Positions 36,317 to 46,187 of a DNA stretch of 64,000 nucleotides are shown here, in pieces. Both the position numbers and the translations under genes were made by a program. Positions within the stretch are counted from its first letter, which is position 1, and every line of letters starts with the position of its first letter. The notes under the pieces were generated by a model that did no database searches, was not told where the DNA came from, and worked only from the letters and a program-made list of their open reading frames with translations. The DNA comes from Candidatus Calditenuis fumarioli (GTDB lineage: Archaea > Thermoproteota > Nitrososphaeria_A > Caldarchaeales > Calditenuaceae): NCBI GenBank assembly GCA_030059665.1, contig JANVYR010000001.1:352001-416000 (forward strand). The letters run 5' to 3'.

Positions 36317-36892
36317 ATGACAGCGCGGAACGAACCCTCCCGGACCGTGGCGCTGATCGTCGCCCTATCGGCTCTAGGACTGGTTCTGGCGCCGTTCTTC
36401 TGGTTCCCGTTCCTGGGAACGAGGGCCTTCCCCGGTCAGCACCTGGTCAACGTCCTCTCGGGTATCCTGCTGGGGCCGATCAGGTCCATCCCGGTACCGA
36501 TCGTCGTGGGGACGATCCGAATAACGCTCGGCATCGGGACCGTCTTCGCCTACCCCGGCGGCATACCGGGGACGATAATGGTCGGCCTGGTCCACAGGTA
36601 CGTGACCAGCAGGTTCAGGGATCCAAGGCTGAGGTATCTGTCGGCGTTCGCGGAGCCGATCGGAACCGTGCTCATCGGAGGGACTATCTCGCTGCTCGTG
36701 ATAGGGCCATTGCTCGGCGTCAGGAGCATACTCGACCTGCTCTCGAGGGAGACGCTCGTCGCGGCCCTCCTCACCTTCTGGTCGGGCTGGGCCGTGAGCT
36801 CGGTGACGGGTTCCGCGATCGGATACGTCGTCTCGTTGGTTCTGAGCAGGGCTCTACCCGAACTCTTCAGGTCCCTCGAGGCTTCGAAATGA
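36317..36892 (+). CDS. thiW: ECF S-component ThiW (thiazole transporter)
   Basis: FPGQHLVNVL.GILLGP, R..LGIGT.FAYPG..PG and EPIGT.LIG. Confidence 0.9.
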   Translation: MTARNEPSRTVALIVALSALGLVLAPFFWFPFLGTRAFPGQHLVNVLSGILLGPIRSIPVPIVVGTIRITLGIGTVFAYPGGIPGTIMVGLVHRYVTSRFRDPRLRYLSAFAEPIGTVLIGGTISLLVIGPLLGVRSILDLLSRETLVAALLTFWSGWAVSSVTGSAIGYVVSLVLSRALPELFRSLEASK

Positions 36893-37515
36893 GCTCTGAT
36901 CGAACCCTCCCGGTAGAGGTGGAGGGTCTTTTGGGAAAGAGGACGCTCGTCGTGGGTGAGGCCGGTGCAGGTAAGTCCACGCTGCTGGCTAAAGCGCTCG
37001 AGCGGCTGGTGGAGATGGGCCTGGCTCGTGAGGTAACGGTGATCGATATGGCTCCCTTCAGGTTCTCGGGCATTGGAGGGAAGCTTAGGGACCTAACGGA
37101 GGCCGTCGGGCAGGTCCGTTACCTGACAGACGATCGGATAGCGCCGCCGAGGCTCCTCGGTAAGAGCGCGCAGGAGGTGCTCGAGCTCGCTTCCCGGAAC
37201 GCGGCCCTCATAGAACCCCTGCTCCTTGATTACCTCAGGTCTCCCACGAGGATTTTGCTGGTGAACGACCTGACGGTCTACCTCCACGCAGGCGACCCGG
37301 CGCTCATCGAGCGGGCCATGGAAACCGCAGAGACATTCATCGCCACCTGCTACGAAGGATCGCGCCTGAGCGACGACAAGGGCTCCGGGGTAACGAGGAC
37401 CGAGAGGGAGAGGCTCGAGTCTCTCAAGCGGAGGGCCGATATTGTGCTTAACCTCGGCGAATTGTTTAATGCTGAAGCAGTAGGTGGAGAGGTGCAGCGA
37501 GGCGAGAGGCTTTGA
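36889..37515 (+). CDS. Uncharacterised P-loop NTPase
   Basis: Walker [10 protein letters not shown] and Walker-B-like LLVND. Start MSSDRT at 36889 overlaps the thiW stop (ATGA); the stop overlaps the thiD start (TTGA). Confidence 0.75.
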   Translation: MSSDRTLPVEVEGLLGKRTLVVGEAGAGKSTLLAKALERLVEMGLAREVTVIDMAPFRFSGIGGKLRDLTEAVGQVRYLTDDRIAPPRLLGKSAQEVLELASRNAALIEPLLLDYLRSPTRILLVNDLTVYLHAGDPALIERAMETAETFIATCYEGSRLSDDKGSGVTRTERERLESLKRRADIVLNLGELFNAEAVGGEVQRGERL

Positions 37516-38867
37516 GGATTCCGAGGGCCCTGACCATCGCCGGCTCTGATTCCGGAGGCGGAGCTGGGATACAGGCGGACCTGAAGACCTTCGCCGCTCT
37601 GGGAGTTCACGGGATGTCAGCGATCACATCGATAACCGCGCAGAACACATACGCTGTCACGAGGGTCGTCGACCTAGACCCGGACATGGTCGTGGAGCAG
37701 ATAAGGGTCTGCTTAGAGGACATCGGGGTCGACGCGATCAAGACCGGGATGCTGCACACGAGGGAGATCATCGAGGCCGTCGCAGGGGAGTTGAGGAAAG
37801 TCAGGGTTCCGAAGGTGGTGGATCCGGTGATGGTCGCCAAGAGCGGTGCTCCTCTGCTGAGGGACGACGCGATCAGGTCTCTCGTCGAGGAGATGTTGCC
37901 GCTGGCTAACGTGGTAACCCCGAACGCCAGGGAGGCCGAAAGGCTGACGGGGAAACGCGTTGCCGACCTCGAGGACCAGAAGCGAGCTGCGCGTGAGATA
38001 GCCTCCATGGGAGCTAAGGCGGTGGTGGTGAAGGGCGGCCACATCGACGGGCCCGTGGTTCGGGACGTCCTATACGTCGATGGAGAGTTCCACGTGCTGG
38101 AAGCGGAGAGGATTTCCACGAAGAACACCCACGGCACCGGCTGCACCTTCGCGTCTGCTATCGCCGCCTACCTTGCGCACGGCTTCACGACTGTCGAGGC
38201 GGTGAGGCACGCCAAGGAGTTCGTCACAGACGCGATCAGGTACGGACTTGACCTCGGAAGGGGACCTGGGCCCGTCAACCCGACATGGTCGGTGCTGAGG
38301 AGGGCCTGGCTCTTCGAGGCGGTGGAGAGGGTCCGGGCAGCGGTCGAGGAGCTGGACCGGGTGGATGGGATCGGATGGGTCTGTCCGGAGTCGATGATCA
38401 ACCTCGCAGAGGTGATTCCGTACGGTTCGGACAGATCGGACGTCGTCGGGATACCCGGGAGGATCGTCAACGTCGGCGGGAAATTGAAGGCGTCATCGTG
38501 TCCTAAGCCAGGAGGGTCGAGGCACGTCGCGTCAGCGGTCCTCGTGGCCCACTCGCTGGACAGGAGGGTGAGGGCCGCGATGAACGTGAGGTACGACGAG
38601 CGGATCCTGTTGGCTGCTAGGGATCTGGGCCTGACTGTTTCCAGTTACGACAGGTCAAAGGAACCTCCTGAGATCAAGAGCGTCGAGGGGATGAGCATCA
38701 GGTGGGGCGTTGGCGAGGCATTTAACAGGGCCGGTAAAGTGACGGACATCGTCTACCACCTCGGCGACCTCGGGAAGGAGCCGATGATAACGATATTTGG
38801 AGAGGATGCAGTTGACGTCGTTAAAAAGTTGCTCCGTATACTTAACAAAGTGGGTCAATTCGGTTAA
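37512..38867 (+). CDS. thiDN: Bifunctional HMP/HMP-P kinase and thiamine-phosphate synthase (ThiD-ThiN)
   Basis: [31 protein letters not shown] and HGTGC; C-terminal ThiN domain ([23 protein letters not shown]). Confidence 0.93.
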   Translation: MRIPRALTIAGSDSGGGAGIQADLKTFAALGVHGMSAITSITAQNTYAVTRVVDLDPDMVVEQIRVCLEDIGVDAIKTGMLHTREIIEAVAGELRKVRVPKVVDPVMVAKSGAPLLRDDAIRSLVEEMLPLANVVTPNAREAERLTGKRVADLEDQKRAAREIASMGAKAVVVKGGHIDGPVVRDVLYVDGEFHVLEAERISTKNTHGTGCTFASAIAAYLAHGFTTVEAVRHAKEFVTDAIRYGLDLGRGPGPVNPTWSVLRRAWLFEAVERVRAAVEELDRVDGIGWVCPESMINLAEVIPYGSDRSDVVGIPGRIVNVGGKLKASSCPKPGGSRHVASAVLVAHSLDRRVRAAMNVRYDERILLAARDLGLTVSSYDRSKEPPEIKSVEGMSIRWGVGEAFNRAGKVTDIVYHLGDLGKEPMITIFGEDAVDVVKKLLRILNKVGQFG

Positions 38868-39017
38868 GCAAAAAGCATATTTAGTGCAAACATGCGTTAT
38901 AATAACAGATCTTAGCGGTCACCACGGCTTTTATGTTGGCATTTTGTTATGCAATACCCCTATTTAACAAAAAACAATTATATTGTGAGCTCAAATCATC
39001 GAACAACGGGTGAGACA

Positions 39018-40154
39018 ATGAATTCCTACGACATCGTGGTCATCGGTGGTGGGGCGGTCGGCCTCTCGCTCTCCTACCTAGCTGCGAAGAAGGGTTACCG
39101 TGTTGCGCTGGTCGAGAGCGGACATCTGTGCAGCGGTGCTACCGGCAGGAGCGCAGGGATCGTCACGCTTCAGCTGAGCCTCGAGGAAGACGTAGCGATG
39201 GCCGCTAAGACGATCGAGCTGTTCCGCGAGGTCGGCAAGGGCTTTGGGACAGAGTTCTACCGAACGACGGGTTTCCTGACTTTGGTTCCGGAGAGGATGC
39301 TCGAAGAGACGATAGAACCGCTCAGGTCCAACAACGTTGGCTACATGGTGCTGAGGGCTGACGAGGTGAAGCGATACGTCCCGTTCCTCAAGGCCCACGA
39401 CCACGAGGTCGGAGTCCTGACGAGCAACGACATGGTAGTCGACGCCTCCGAGATGGGAAGGGCCTTCAGGTATGCGCTCAACGAGATGGGCGTCAGCGTA
39501 ATCGAGTGGAACGGACGAGGCGCCATACACGTCGAGGGTGGGGAGGTCAGGGGTGTGATGGCGAACGGACAATCGCTGATCAAGGGCGATGCGTACGTCT
39601 TCGCCGCAGGACCCTGGAACAAGACGCTGCTGGGCGGGCTTGGCATCACGGGAGTTCCGCTGACCGTTTACAAGTGCCAGGTCGTGAGGCTGTGCGCGGA
39701 GAGGACCTTGGATTACGTTCCGTTCTACGTCATGGGCGAGCACCTCTACATGAGACCCGACGGCAACGGGACCTCGATCGCTGGAAACGGCTACGCGCGT
39801 GTGGTGGAGCGGCCGGAGGACGCGATGGACGGACTCGAGAAAGAGTACGTGCAGCACATCGCGGAGCTCCTCGCGGAGCGGGTTCTCGACCCGAGCGGGT
39901 TCCGCGTTTGCGGAGGCTGGTCCGGACCGTGCAGCATCACGCCGGACGGTTACCCAGTCATCGGCAGGATTCCTGGGCTCAGGGGCGCTTACATCGTGGA
40001 CGGGCTCGACGGCTACGGGCTCATGAGGGCAGCAGGGGTCGCGGAGCTGGCTCTGAAGGCGGTCGAGGGCGAGGAGCTGCCGAAGTACAGCGCCGAGAGG
40101 TTCAAGGGCAGAGAGGAGCAGGAGGAGCTGGTGGTCGAGCTCCACTCGGTCTGA
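39018..40154 (+). CDS. FAD-dependent oxidoreductase (DAO/sarcosine oxidase beta/proline dehydrogenase family)
   Basis: VIGGGAVG, GATGRSAG, AAGPW, TPDGYP.IG and G.G.GLM; start at MNSYD. Confidence 0.85.
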   Translation: MNSYDIVVIGGGAVGLSLSYLAAKKGYRVALVESGHLCSGATGRSAGIVTLQLSLEEDVAMAAKTIELFREVGKGFGTEFYRTTGFLTLVPERMLEETIEPLRSNNVGYMVLRADEVKRYVPFLKAHDHEVGVLTSNDMVVDASEMGRAFRYALNEMGVSVIEWNGRGAIHVEGGEVRGVMANGQSLIKGDAYVFAAGPWNKTLLGGLGITGVPLTVYKCQVVRLCAERTLDYVPFYVMGEHLYMRPDGNGTSIAGNGYARVVERPEDAMDGLEKEYVQHIAELLAERVLDPSGFRVCGGWSGPCSITPDGYPVIGRIPGLRGAYIVDGLDGYGLMRAAGVAELALKAVEGEELPKYSAERFKGREEQEELVVELHSV

Positions 40155-40355
40155 TCAGCCCCTCTCCCTCGCCCTCTCCTTGATGTTAGCGGCCACTTCC
40201 CTTGCCCTCCTGGCGTCGTTGGTGGTGAAGAGGACCTGAGAGCCCGCTACGGAGCTCTCTTTGCCGCAGAACCTGCAGGTGAACCTCTTCGATGCCAGAA
40301 CCACCATCACGTTGCCGCAGTGCGGGCACCTCACCACCAGGTACGTCCTTCCCAA
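40155..40355 (-). CDS. Zn-ribbon protein (DUF1922-like)
   Basis: YLVVRCPHCG...RFTCRFCG, ending in ...ARRAREVA; TTG start about 25 nt below a TATA-like box. Confidence 0.7.
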   Translation of the reverse strand: MGRTYLVVRCPHCGNVMVVLASKRFTCRFCGKESSVAGSQVLFTTNDARRAREVAANIKERARERG

Positions 40356-40446
40356 CCCGTTCCAGCTGCACGGCGACGGTATTTGATGCGATCGCCTCCG
40401 GGTTTCGGGAGAACGATAATTACAACCCGGGAGAGTTCGGGGACAG

Positions 40447-41148
40447 ATGAGGTACGTGGAAATGCTGACGGCCGTGAGGTGCGCGGTGGCCACGATCCTC
40501 GTCAAGCAGCACGGGATAAGGCCCAGTGAGGTCGCGAGAGCTCTCGGGGTGAGCCCGGCCACCGTGACGCAGTACCTGAAGGGTAGGACGGGAACGCTGG
40601 AGGAGCTCAAGAGGGAACCGGCTTTGTGGAGCAGGATCGAGGTCTTCTCGGAGGAGATCGCCAAGGGGATAAGGTACGGGCTGAGGGGTTCGTGGGGCAC
40701 AGAGGTCGAGGAGCTGGCGATGAGCCTGCTCAGGGAGATGAAGGGGTTTGAGCGGCCGAGGGCCCTCGAGGACGCAACGAGGCTGAGCCTGCTGAGGAGG
40801 ATAGAACTTGAGGAGAAGTCGGCGGCGAAGGCCCTCGAGCTTGCCAGCAGGACCGGAGACCCACTAGTCTCCATGCTGCTGAGGCAGATAGCTTCCGACA
40901 GCATGAGGCACGCCGACATCCTCTCGACGCTTCTGAGGACTGTGGGCGAGGAGGGAGTCTCGACGGGTCACGACTACAGGACCCTGAAGGAGCTGCTGGA
41001 CTTCGAGGAGCAGGCGGAGTCGGAGAACCTCCTCGAGCTGGTGAGGACTGAGGACCCGCTGGTGAAGGCGCTCCTGCTCTCGATCGACCTCGACGAGCGC
41101 AAGCACGAGACTGTCCTCAGGGAGCTGCTCAGGAGAGCAGGTGGTTGA
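40447..41148 (+). CDS. HTH regulator fused to a ferritin-like (rubrerythrin-type) four-helix domain
   Basis: HTH PSEVARALGVSPATVTQYLKG; duplicated helical unit with E...DSMRH and E...DERKH. Confidence 0.7.
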   Translation: MRYVEMLTAVRCAVATILVKQHGIRPSEVARALGVSPATVTQYLKGRTGTLEELKREPALWSRIEVFSEEIAKGIRYGLRGSWGTEVEELAMSLLREMKGFERPRALEDATRLSLLRRIELEEKSAAKALELASRTGDPLVSMLLRQIASDSMRHADILSTLLRTVGEEGVSTGHDYRTLKELLDFEEQAESENLLELVRTEDPLVKALLLSIDLDERKHETVLRELLRRAGG

Positions 41149-41198
41149 TCCGACTGACCCCGTTGGGTTACCGCTTTTAGCGAGCTCCTCCACTATGT

Positions 41199-41750
41199 GT
41201 GACGTTGGAGAGGCTCTGGGCACCGTGGAGAATGGGGTACATCCAGAGGGCCATAAAGTCCGGTGGGAGGGAGGCGTGCATCTTCTGCCAGAAGTACAGG
41301 GAGAGCGACGACAGACGCAACCTGATACTCGTCCGTGGCAGAAGGGCCTTCGTGGTGATGAACGCCTTCCCGTACAACAGCGGCCACCTGATGGTAGCGC
41401 CCGTGAGGCACGTGGGAGACCTGACAGCGCTGAGGCGTGACGAGCTGTACGAGCTGAGCGAGCTGACCAGGCTCTGCGTGGAGCTGCTGAACAAGGCCTA
41501 CAATCCGTCGGGCTACAACATCGGGATGAACCTCGGGAGGGCTGCGGGTGCCGGGATAGAGGACCACCTGCACGTCCACGTGGTGCCGAGGTGGGTGGGC
41601 GACACCAACTTCATGCCGGTGATCGGAGGAACAAAGGTCCTCCCGGAGCTGCTCGACGCGTCCTACGAGAGGATATACTCGGTGCTGCCGGAGGAGGTCA
41701 AGCGGAACCTCAGGACGCCCGAACGAAGGGCCGACTCCGGGACGCGTTAG
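41199..41750 (+). CDS. HIT-family nucleotide hydrolase
   Basis: LWAPWRM.YI, CIFC, N.FPYNSGHLMV and HLHVHVVPRW.GD.NFM. Confidence 0.92.
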   Translation: MTLERLWAPWRMGYIQRAIKSGGREACIFCQKYRESDDRRNLILVRGRRAFVVMNAFPYNSGHLMVAPVRHVGDLTALRRDELYELSELTRLCVELLNKAYNPSGYNIGMNLGRAAGAGIEDHLHVHVVPRWVGDTNFMPVIGGTKVLPELLDASYERIYSVLPEEVKRNLRTPERRADSGTR

Positions 41751-41799
41751 AACGGCTAAGGCTTTTCCGGAGGGACGTTGATCGACCTGAGGGAGGGAG

Positions 41800-42828
41800 T
41801 TGGGAGACGGAGCTGAGGCCGGTGTCCAGTTCGTGAAGCTGGACCTGAGGCGCTACCACAAGGCGGGCTACCGGGTGGTGGGTGAGTTCAAGCACTCGGC
41901 TGTTGAGATCTGCCGCTGGACCAGGTCGAGGCTCAGGGGTGGGAGGAACTGCTACAAGTCCGTCTACGGCATCGACTCCGGCCGCTGCATCCAGATGACA
42001 CCGACGCTGGACTTCTGCAACTTCGCATGCCCCTGGTGCTGGAGGCCATTCGGCCCCTACAGGCACAAGGCCCACGGAAGGGAGTGGGACGATCCCGAGA
42101 CCATAGTGAGGGAGATGGTCAGGGCCCAGAGGCAACTCCTGTCCGGGTTCGGAGGGAACCCCAAAACCGACAAGTCCTATTACAGGAAGGCGCTCAGACC
42201 GGCCCACGTAGCAATATCCCTTGACGGGGAGCCGACGCTCTACCCGAAGATCGCGGAGCTGATCAAGGAGATCCACTCGAAGGGCATGACGACCTTCCTC
42301 GTCACCAACGGCACCATGCCGAACAGGTTGAGGGAGATGCTGGAGAAGGACGCGATACCCACGAACCTCTTCGTCAGCGTCTACGCCACCAACCGGGAGG
42401 ACTACGTGAAGGTGACCAAGTCCGTGATCCCCGATGCCTTCGACAGGGTCTTGGAGAGCTTATCGCTGCTGAGGGAGTTCGAGAGGAGGGGGTGCAGGAC
42501 GGTGATCCGGCTGACGCTGGTGAAGGGGCTGAACATGAAGGACCCGGAGGGGTACGCGGAGCTGATCAAGCGCTACCAGCCCAACTTCACCGAGTTCAAG
42601 GGCTACGCCTGGCTCGGCGAGTCGAGGCAGAGGCTGACCCAGGACGCCTCCCCAACGTTCGAGGAGCTGAGGGAGTTCGAGCAGAGGGTGGACGCGATTA
42701 CGGAGTACAAGCCCGTGATGCTCGACAAGGTCAGCAACATCATCGTCTCCGTCAGGGACCGGGAGAGCTGGAGGAGGAACCTCGAGGTCGCTGCGGTGAT
42801 ATCCAAGCTGCCGGGATACAGCGGCTGA
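41800..42828 (+). CDS. taw1: 4-demethylwyosine synthase (radical SAM, TYW1/Taw1)
   Basis: GY......HSAV.IC.WT, CYKS.YGI.S.RCIQMTP, CNFACPWC, HVAISLDGEPTLY and KGY...GESR.RL. Confidence 0.93.
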   Translation: MGDGAEAGVQFVKLDLRRYHKAGYRVVGEFKHSAVEICRWTRSRLRGGRNCYKSVYGIDSGRCIQMTPTLDFCNFACPWCWRPFGPYRHKAHGREWDDPETIVREMVRAQRQLLSGFGGNPKTDKSYYRKALRPAHVAISLDGEPTLYPKIAELIKEIHSKGMTTFLVTNGTMPNRLREMLEKDAIPTNLFVSVYATNREDYVKVTKSVIPDAFDRVLESLSLLREFERRGCRTVIRLTLVKGLNMKDPEGYAELIKRYQPNFTEFKGYAWLGESRQRLTQDASPTFEELREFEQRVDAITEYKPVMLDKVSNIIVSVRDRESWRRNLEVAAVISKLPGYSG

Positions 42829-42925
42829 GTGCTAAAAGTCGACGTTGGAGGCCCCGAACCCTCGCCCAGCCTTCAGCGCTGAGCCGACCACACGACTATA
42901 TCGTGCCGGTGAAAACGATGAGGTG

Positions 42926-43333
42926 ATGTCGGCCCGTCCGCTGCCGAGGGTTCAGGAGTACACGAAGGCGTTCTGGGAAGGAGTGAAGTCGGGCAAGCTC
43001 CTCATCCAGAGGTGCAGATCGTGCGGGAGCTATCAGCACTATCCCAGACCGGGATGCGCCTCCTGCGGCTCGAGGGACCTCGGGTGGGTCGAGTCCTCAG
43101 GTAGGGGGAGGATCTACAGCCTGACGGTCCCCAGGGTTGTCATCGGTGACCAGAAGGCCTTCGAGGCCGAGATCCCGTACGTGCTCGCGATGGTGGACCT
43201 GGAGGAGGGAGTGAGGATCCTGGCAAGGGTCACAGGTTACTCGAGGCCCGAGGAGGTCTCGATCGGGGATCAAGTCGTCTTCGAGCCCGTCGACGTCGGG
43301 GGCTTCCACCTGCCGTACTTCAAGAAGGCGTAG
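42926..43333 (+). CDS. Zn-ribbon/OB-fold protein (DUF35 family)
   Basis: FWEG...GKLLIQRC.SCG..QHYPR..C..CGS, G.GRIYS.T and PYVLAMVDLEEG. Confidence 0.88.
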   Translation: MSARPLPRVQEYTKAFWEGVKSGKLLIQRCRSCGSYQHYPRPGCASCGSRDLGWVESSGRGRIYSLTVPRVVIGDQKAFEAEIPYVLAMVDLEEGVRILARVTGYSRPEEVSIGDQVVFEPVDVGGFHLPYFKKA

Positions 43334-43413
43334 CCCAACGCGCTTCCAGCCCTTGGCCTAAGTGGCGGTATTCTCCAACGTTTATCCGGAGTCAGGACGC
43401 TGAAGTTGACGGG

Positions 43414-44103
43414 ATGATCGTGATCGACAGCAACGAGGCCGCTGAGGCTCCGGCGATTGCGGAGACGCTGCGGGGAGCTGCCGAGGTAGCGGTCCGGCCC
43501 CTCGATGCGGGCGACTACCTCCTCACGGGCCAGAACGGGACCGTGCTGGTCGAGCGGAAGAGGGTCCCCGACTTCCTCAGCAGCCTGAAGGGCAGATTGT
43601 GGGACCAGCTGGAGAGGATCAGGTCCTTCGAGGGCACCAAGGTCCTGATACTCGAGGGGAACGTCGGCTTCTACCGGAGAACCGGCTGGAACGAGACCGC
43701 GGTCCTCGCGATGATGGACAAGATCGCGGTCGAGATGGGCATCCCCATAATACCGACTCCGGACGAGAGGGGGACGGCCGCCTACCTCCTCTGGAAGCAC
43801 CGGAGGCTGGGGGAGGTGAGGGAACCGCGGGACTACCCGCTGAGGGTGGCGAGGAGGGACATGACGGTCGAGGAGAGGGCCCTCTTCACGCTCGAGGGGA
43901 TGTGCGGTCACAAGACGGCCATCGCGCTGCTCGAGCACTTCGGGACCCTCGGTGACCTGATCTGCTTCGTCCGCTCGAACCCGTACCCAGCAGTCGAGGC
44001 CAGGCTCTCCGCGGTCAAGGTCGGGGGCAGGAGGATACCCGAGTCGACGATCAGGACGATCTACGAGGTCGTCAACTTCAGGTTCGGGAGCGGGACGAGA
44101 TGA
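43414..44103 (+). CDS. xpf: Short ERCC4/XPF-family structure-specific nuclease
   Basis: IVIDSNE, GDY, VERK..DF..S..GRLWDQ and LILEG; helix-hairpin-helix C-terminus; no helicase domain. Confidence 0.82.
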   Translation: MIVIDSNEAAEAPAIAETLRGAAEVAVRPLDAGDYLLTGQNGTVLVERKRVPDFLSSLKGRLWDQLERIRSFEGTKVLILEGNVGFYRRTGWNETAVLAMMDKIAVEMGIPIIPTPDERGTAAYLLWKHRRLGEVREPRDYPLRVARRDMTVEERALFTLEGMCGHKTAIALLEHFGTLGDLICFVRSNPYPAVEARLSAVKVGGRRIPESTIRTIYEVVNFRFGSGTR

Positions 44104-45899
44104 GGGGCGCGGTGGTGGTCGCGGAGAAGCCCTCCGTGGCGAGGGCGATCGAGGAGGCGCTGGACTCGATAGGCGTTGAGGACGTTCTGGTCACCAGCGT
44201 CAGGGGCCACCTCCTGGACCTCGACCTCCCGTTAGCGTTCAGGAACTGGAAGGGCAGGGATCCGGTGGAGGTGCTCGACCTCTCACTGGCCGATCTGAGG
44301 TACGTCGTAAGGGACCGGGAATCCCACCGGCACCTCCTCAAGGTCTTCAGGGAGAGGGCTCCTCTGGTGATCGCCACCGACAACGACCACGAGGGCGAGC
44401 TGATAGGCGCGGAGGTCCTGATGGTGTACCGGAGCGTGCGTGGCGATCGGTCGAGGTACTACCGGATGCGCTTCAACTCCATCGAGCGGGACGAGCTGAT
44501 CAGGGCCTGGCGCAACCTCGAGCCCGACCTGAACTGGGGATGGGTCCACAAGGCCGAGTTCAGGAGGGCCTTCGACCTGCTGACCGGTGCCGCCTTCACG
44601 CGGTTCCTCACCCTCTCCGCCGAGAGAAGGGGGTTCGATGGGCTCCTAAGCTGGGGGTCCTGCCAGACGCCGACGCTCTACTTCGTCGTCGAGCGCGACC
44701 TCAAGATAGAGAACTTCAAACCGATTCCCTTCTGGTACCTCGAGGCCCTTCTCGAGACGGATTCGGGCGAGCGGTTCTATGCAAGGACCGAGCGGTTCTG
44801 GGAGAGGTCGGAGGCCGAGTCGGCGTTCAGGCGTGCGTCCTCAGCGGAGACCGGTTCGGTGCGGGAGTTCGTCGAGGAGCACGAGGCAATCCGAAGACCC
44901 CTTCCTGCGAGGACCGACGACGCGTTGAGGGACCTGGTCGCGATAACGGGAAGGACGGCGAGGGAGCTGATGGAGGTCCTCGAGCGGCTCTACGCCGAGG
45001 GCTACATTTCCTATCCCAGGACGGACACGAACAGGTACCCAGAGGGCTTCAGCTATGCGAGGTCACTGAGGGCTGCCGTCAACGCAGGCATCGTGGGAAC
45101 TGAGGTGCTCCGCAGATCGCCTGACCCGAGACAGGGAAGGCTCGACGACGGCGCTCACCCACCGATCTACCCGATAAGGCCCTACTCGGGGAGAGGATTG
45201 CTGGCCGCGGTGTGGGAGTACATAGCCCGGAGGTTCGTAGCCAACGCCTACTTCGACGACGCGCTGGTGGCCAGGCAGAGCGCTGCGATAGATATCGGTG
45301 GCGTGACCTTCGGTGCCCACGGCCAGCTCCTGCTGAGGAGGGGGTTCCTCGAGGTCTATCCGTACCAACGCGTCGAGAGCGATCCGATCCCGAAGCTGTC
45401 GAGGGGCCAGCTCCTGAGGGTCGTCAAGCTGGAGCTGAGGGAGGGGAAGACGAGCCCGCCTCCCAGGATGAGCGAATCGGAGCTGCTGGCGACGATGGAG
45501 GCCCACGGCATCGGCACCGATGCGACGCGCGCCACCTTCCCCGCACTGATAGTCTCGAGGGGGTACGCCGTGAAGACGGGCAAGAGCATCAAGTCCACCG
45601 AGCTGGGTAGGGCACTGGTGGAGGCCCTTCGGTCCGTCGACGAGCGGCTCGTGACGCCGGAGACGAGGAGGAAGGTGGAGGAGAGGATGGGGATGGTCGA
45701 GAGGGGCCTCGCGGACTGGAGGGAGCTGCTGCGCGAGTCCCTGAAAGAGTACAGGGATTTGCTGCTGGAGTGCGTCGGGAGGTGGGAGAATCTGAGCGGG
45801 AAACTGGCTGAGCTGATCTCAGCTCCATCGAGCAATAGAATCGAGGGTTCCGGGAGCAGCGGTGGACGCCGACGGCGCGGGAGCCTCAGACCCTCCTGA
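44100..45899 (+). CDS. topA: Type IA DNA topoisomerase (Topo III-like, no C-terminal Zn ribbons)
   Basis: AEKPSVA, GHL, ATD.D.EGE.IG, S.G.CQTPTL, catalytic GYISYPRTD, GAHPPIYP and GIGT.ATR. Confidence 0.93.
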   Translation: MRGAVVVAEKPSVARAIEEALDSIGVEDVLVTSVRGHLLDLDLPLAFRNWKGRDPVEVLDLSLADLRYVVRDRESHRHLLKVFRERAPLVIATDNDHEGELIGAEVLMVYRSVRGDRSRYYRMRFNSIERDELIRAWRNLEPDLNWGWVHKAEFRRAFDLLTGAAFTRFLTLSAERRGFDGLLSWGSCQTPTLYFVVERDLKIENFKPIPFWYLEALLETDSGERFYARTERFWERSEAESAFRRASSAETGSVREFVEEHEAIRRPLPARTDDALRDLVAITGRTARELMEVLERLYAEGYISYPRTDTNRYPEGFSYARSLRAAVNAGIVGTEVLRRSPDPRQGRLDDGAHPPIYPIRPYSGRGLLAAVWEYIARRFVANAYFDDALVARQSAAIDIGGVTFGAHGQLLLRRGFLEVYPYQRVESDPIPKLSRGQLLRVVKLELREGKTSPPPRMSESELLATMEAHGIGTDATRATFPALIVSRGYAVKTGKSIKSTELGRALVEALRSVDERLVTPETRRKVEERMGMVERGLADWRELLRESLKEYRDLLLECVGRWENLSGKLAELISAPSSNRIEGSGSSGGRRRRGSLRPS

Positions 45900-46128
45900 C
45901 GCCCTCGAGTGCCTTCAGCATGGCGTGATCCGAGACGACCGCTATCTTGTTACCGTGTTGGTCGTACAGGTGAATCTCGTCGTCCTTCTCCCTGGCCACG
46001 AGCCGGTGCTTGCCGGAGCAGATCGGGTAGGTGTCGGAGAGGCCGCACATGCATATCCATACCTCCTCTCCCTTATCGGTCACGTGTCTGTGTGGTCTCT
46101 TCGCCGTATGGATGACGATGCGCGCCAT
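45886..46128 (-). CDS. CDGSH-type 2Fe-2S protein (variant motif)
   Basis: CMCGLSDTYPICSGKH follows C-x-C-x2-S-x3-P-x-C-x-G-x-H. Confidence 0.85.
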   Translation of the reverse strand: MARIVIHTAKRPHRHVTDKGEEVWICMCGLSDTYPICSGKHRLVAREKDDEIHLYDQHGNKIAVVSDHAMLKALEGVRRV

Positions 46129-46187
46129 CTCGTCACCGACGACCTACACCGTCATTTAATTTTTGTGCGTCGTCGCGAATCTGAACG

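Noticed and set aside
38949-39017. N-terminal extensions given by the ORF track (also for rps4, ssnA, ygeW, osmC, aguA, moaC, sdhC and the CBS gene)
   Set aside because: The extensions cross promoter-like AT-rich DNA or neighbouring genes; the family motifs begin at the downstream starts I report.
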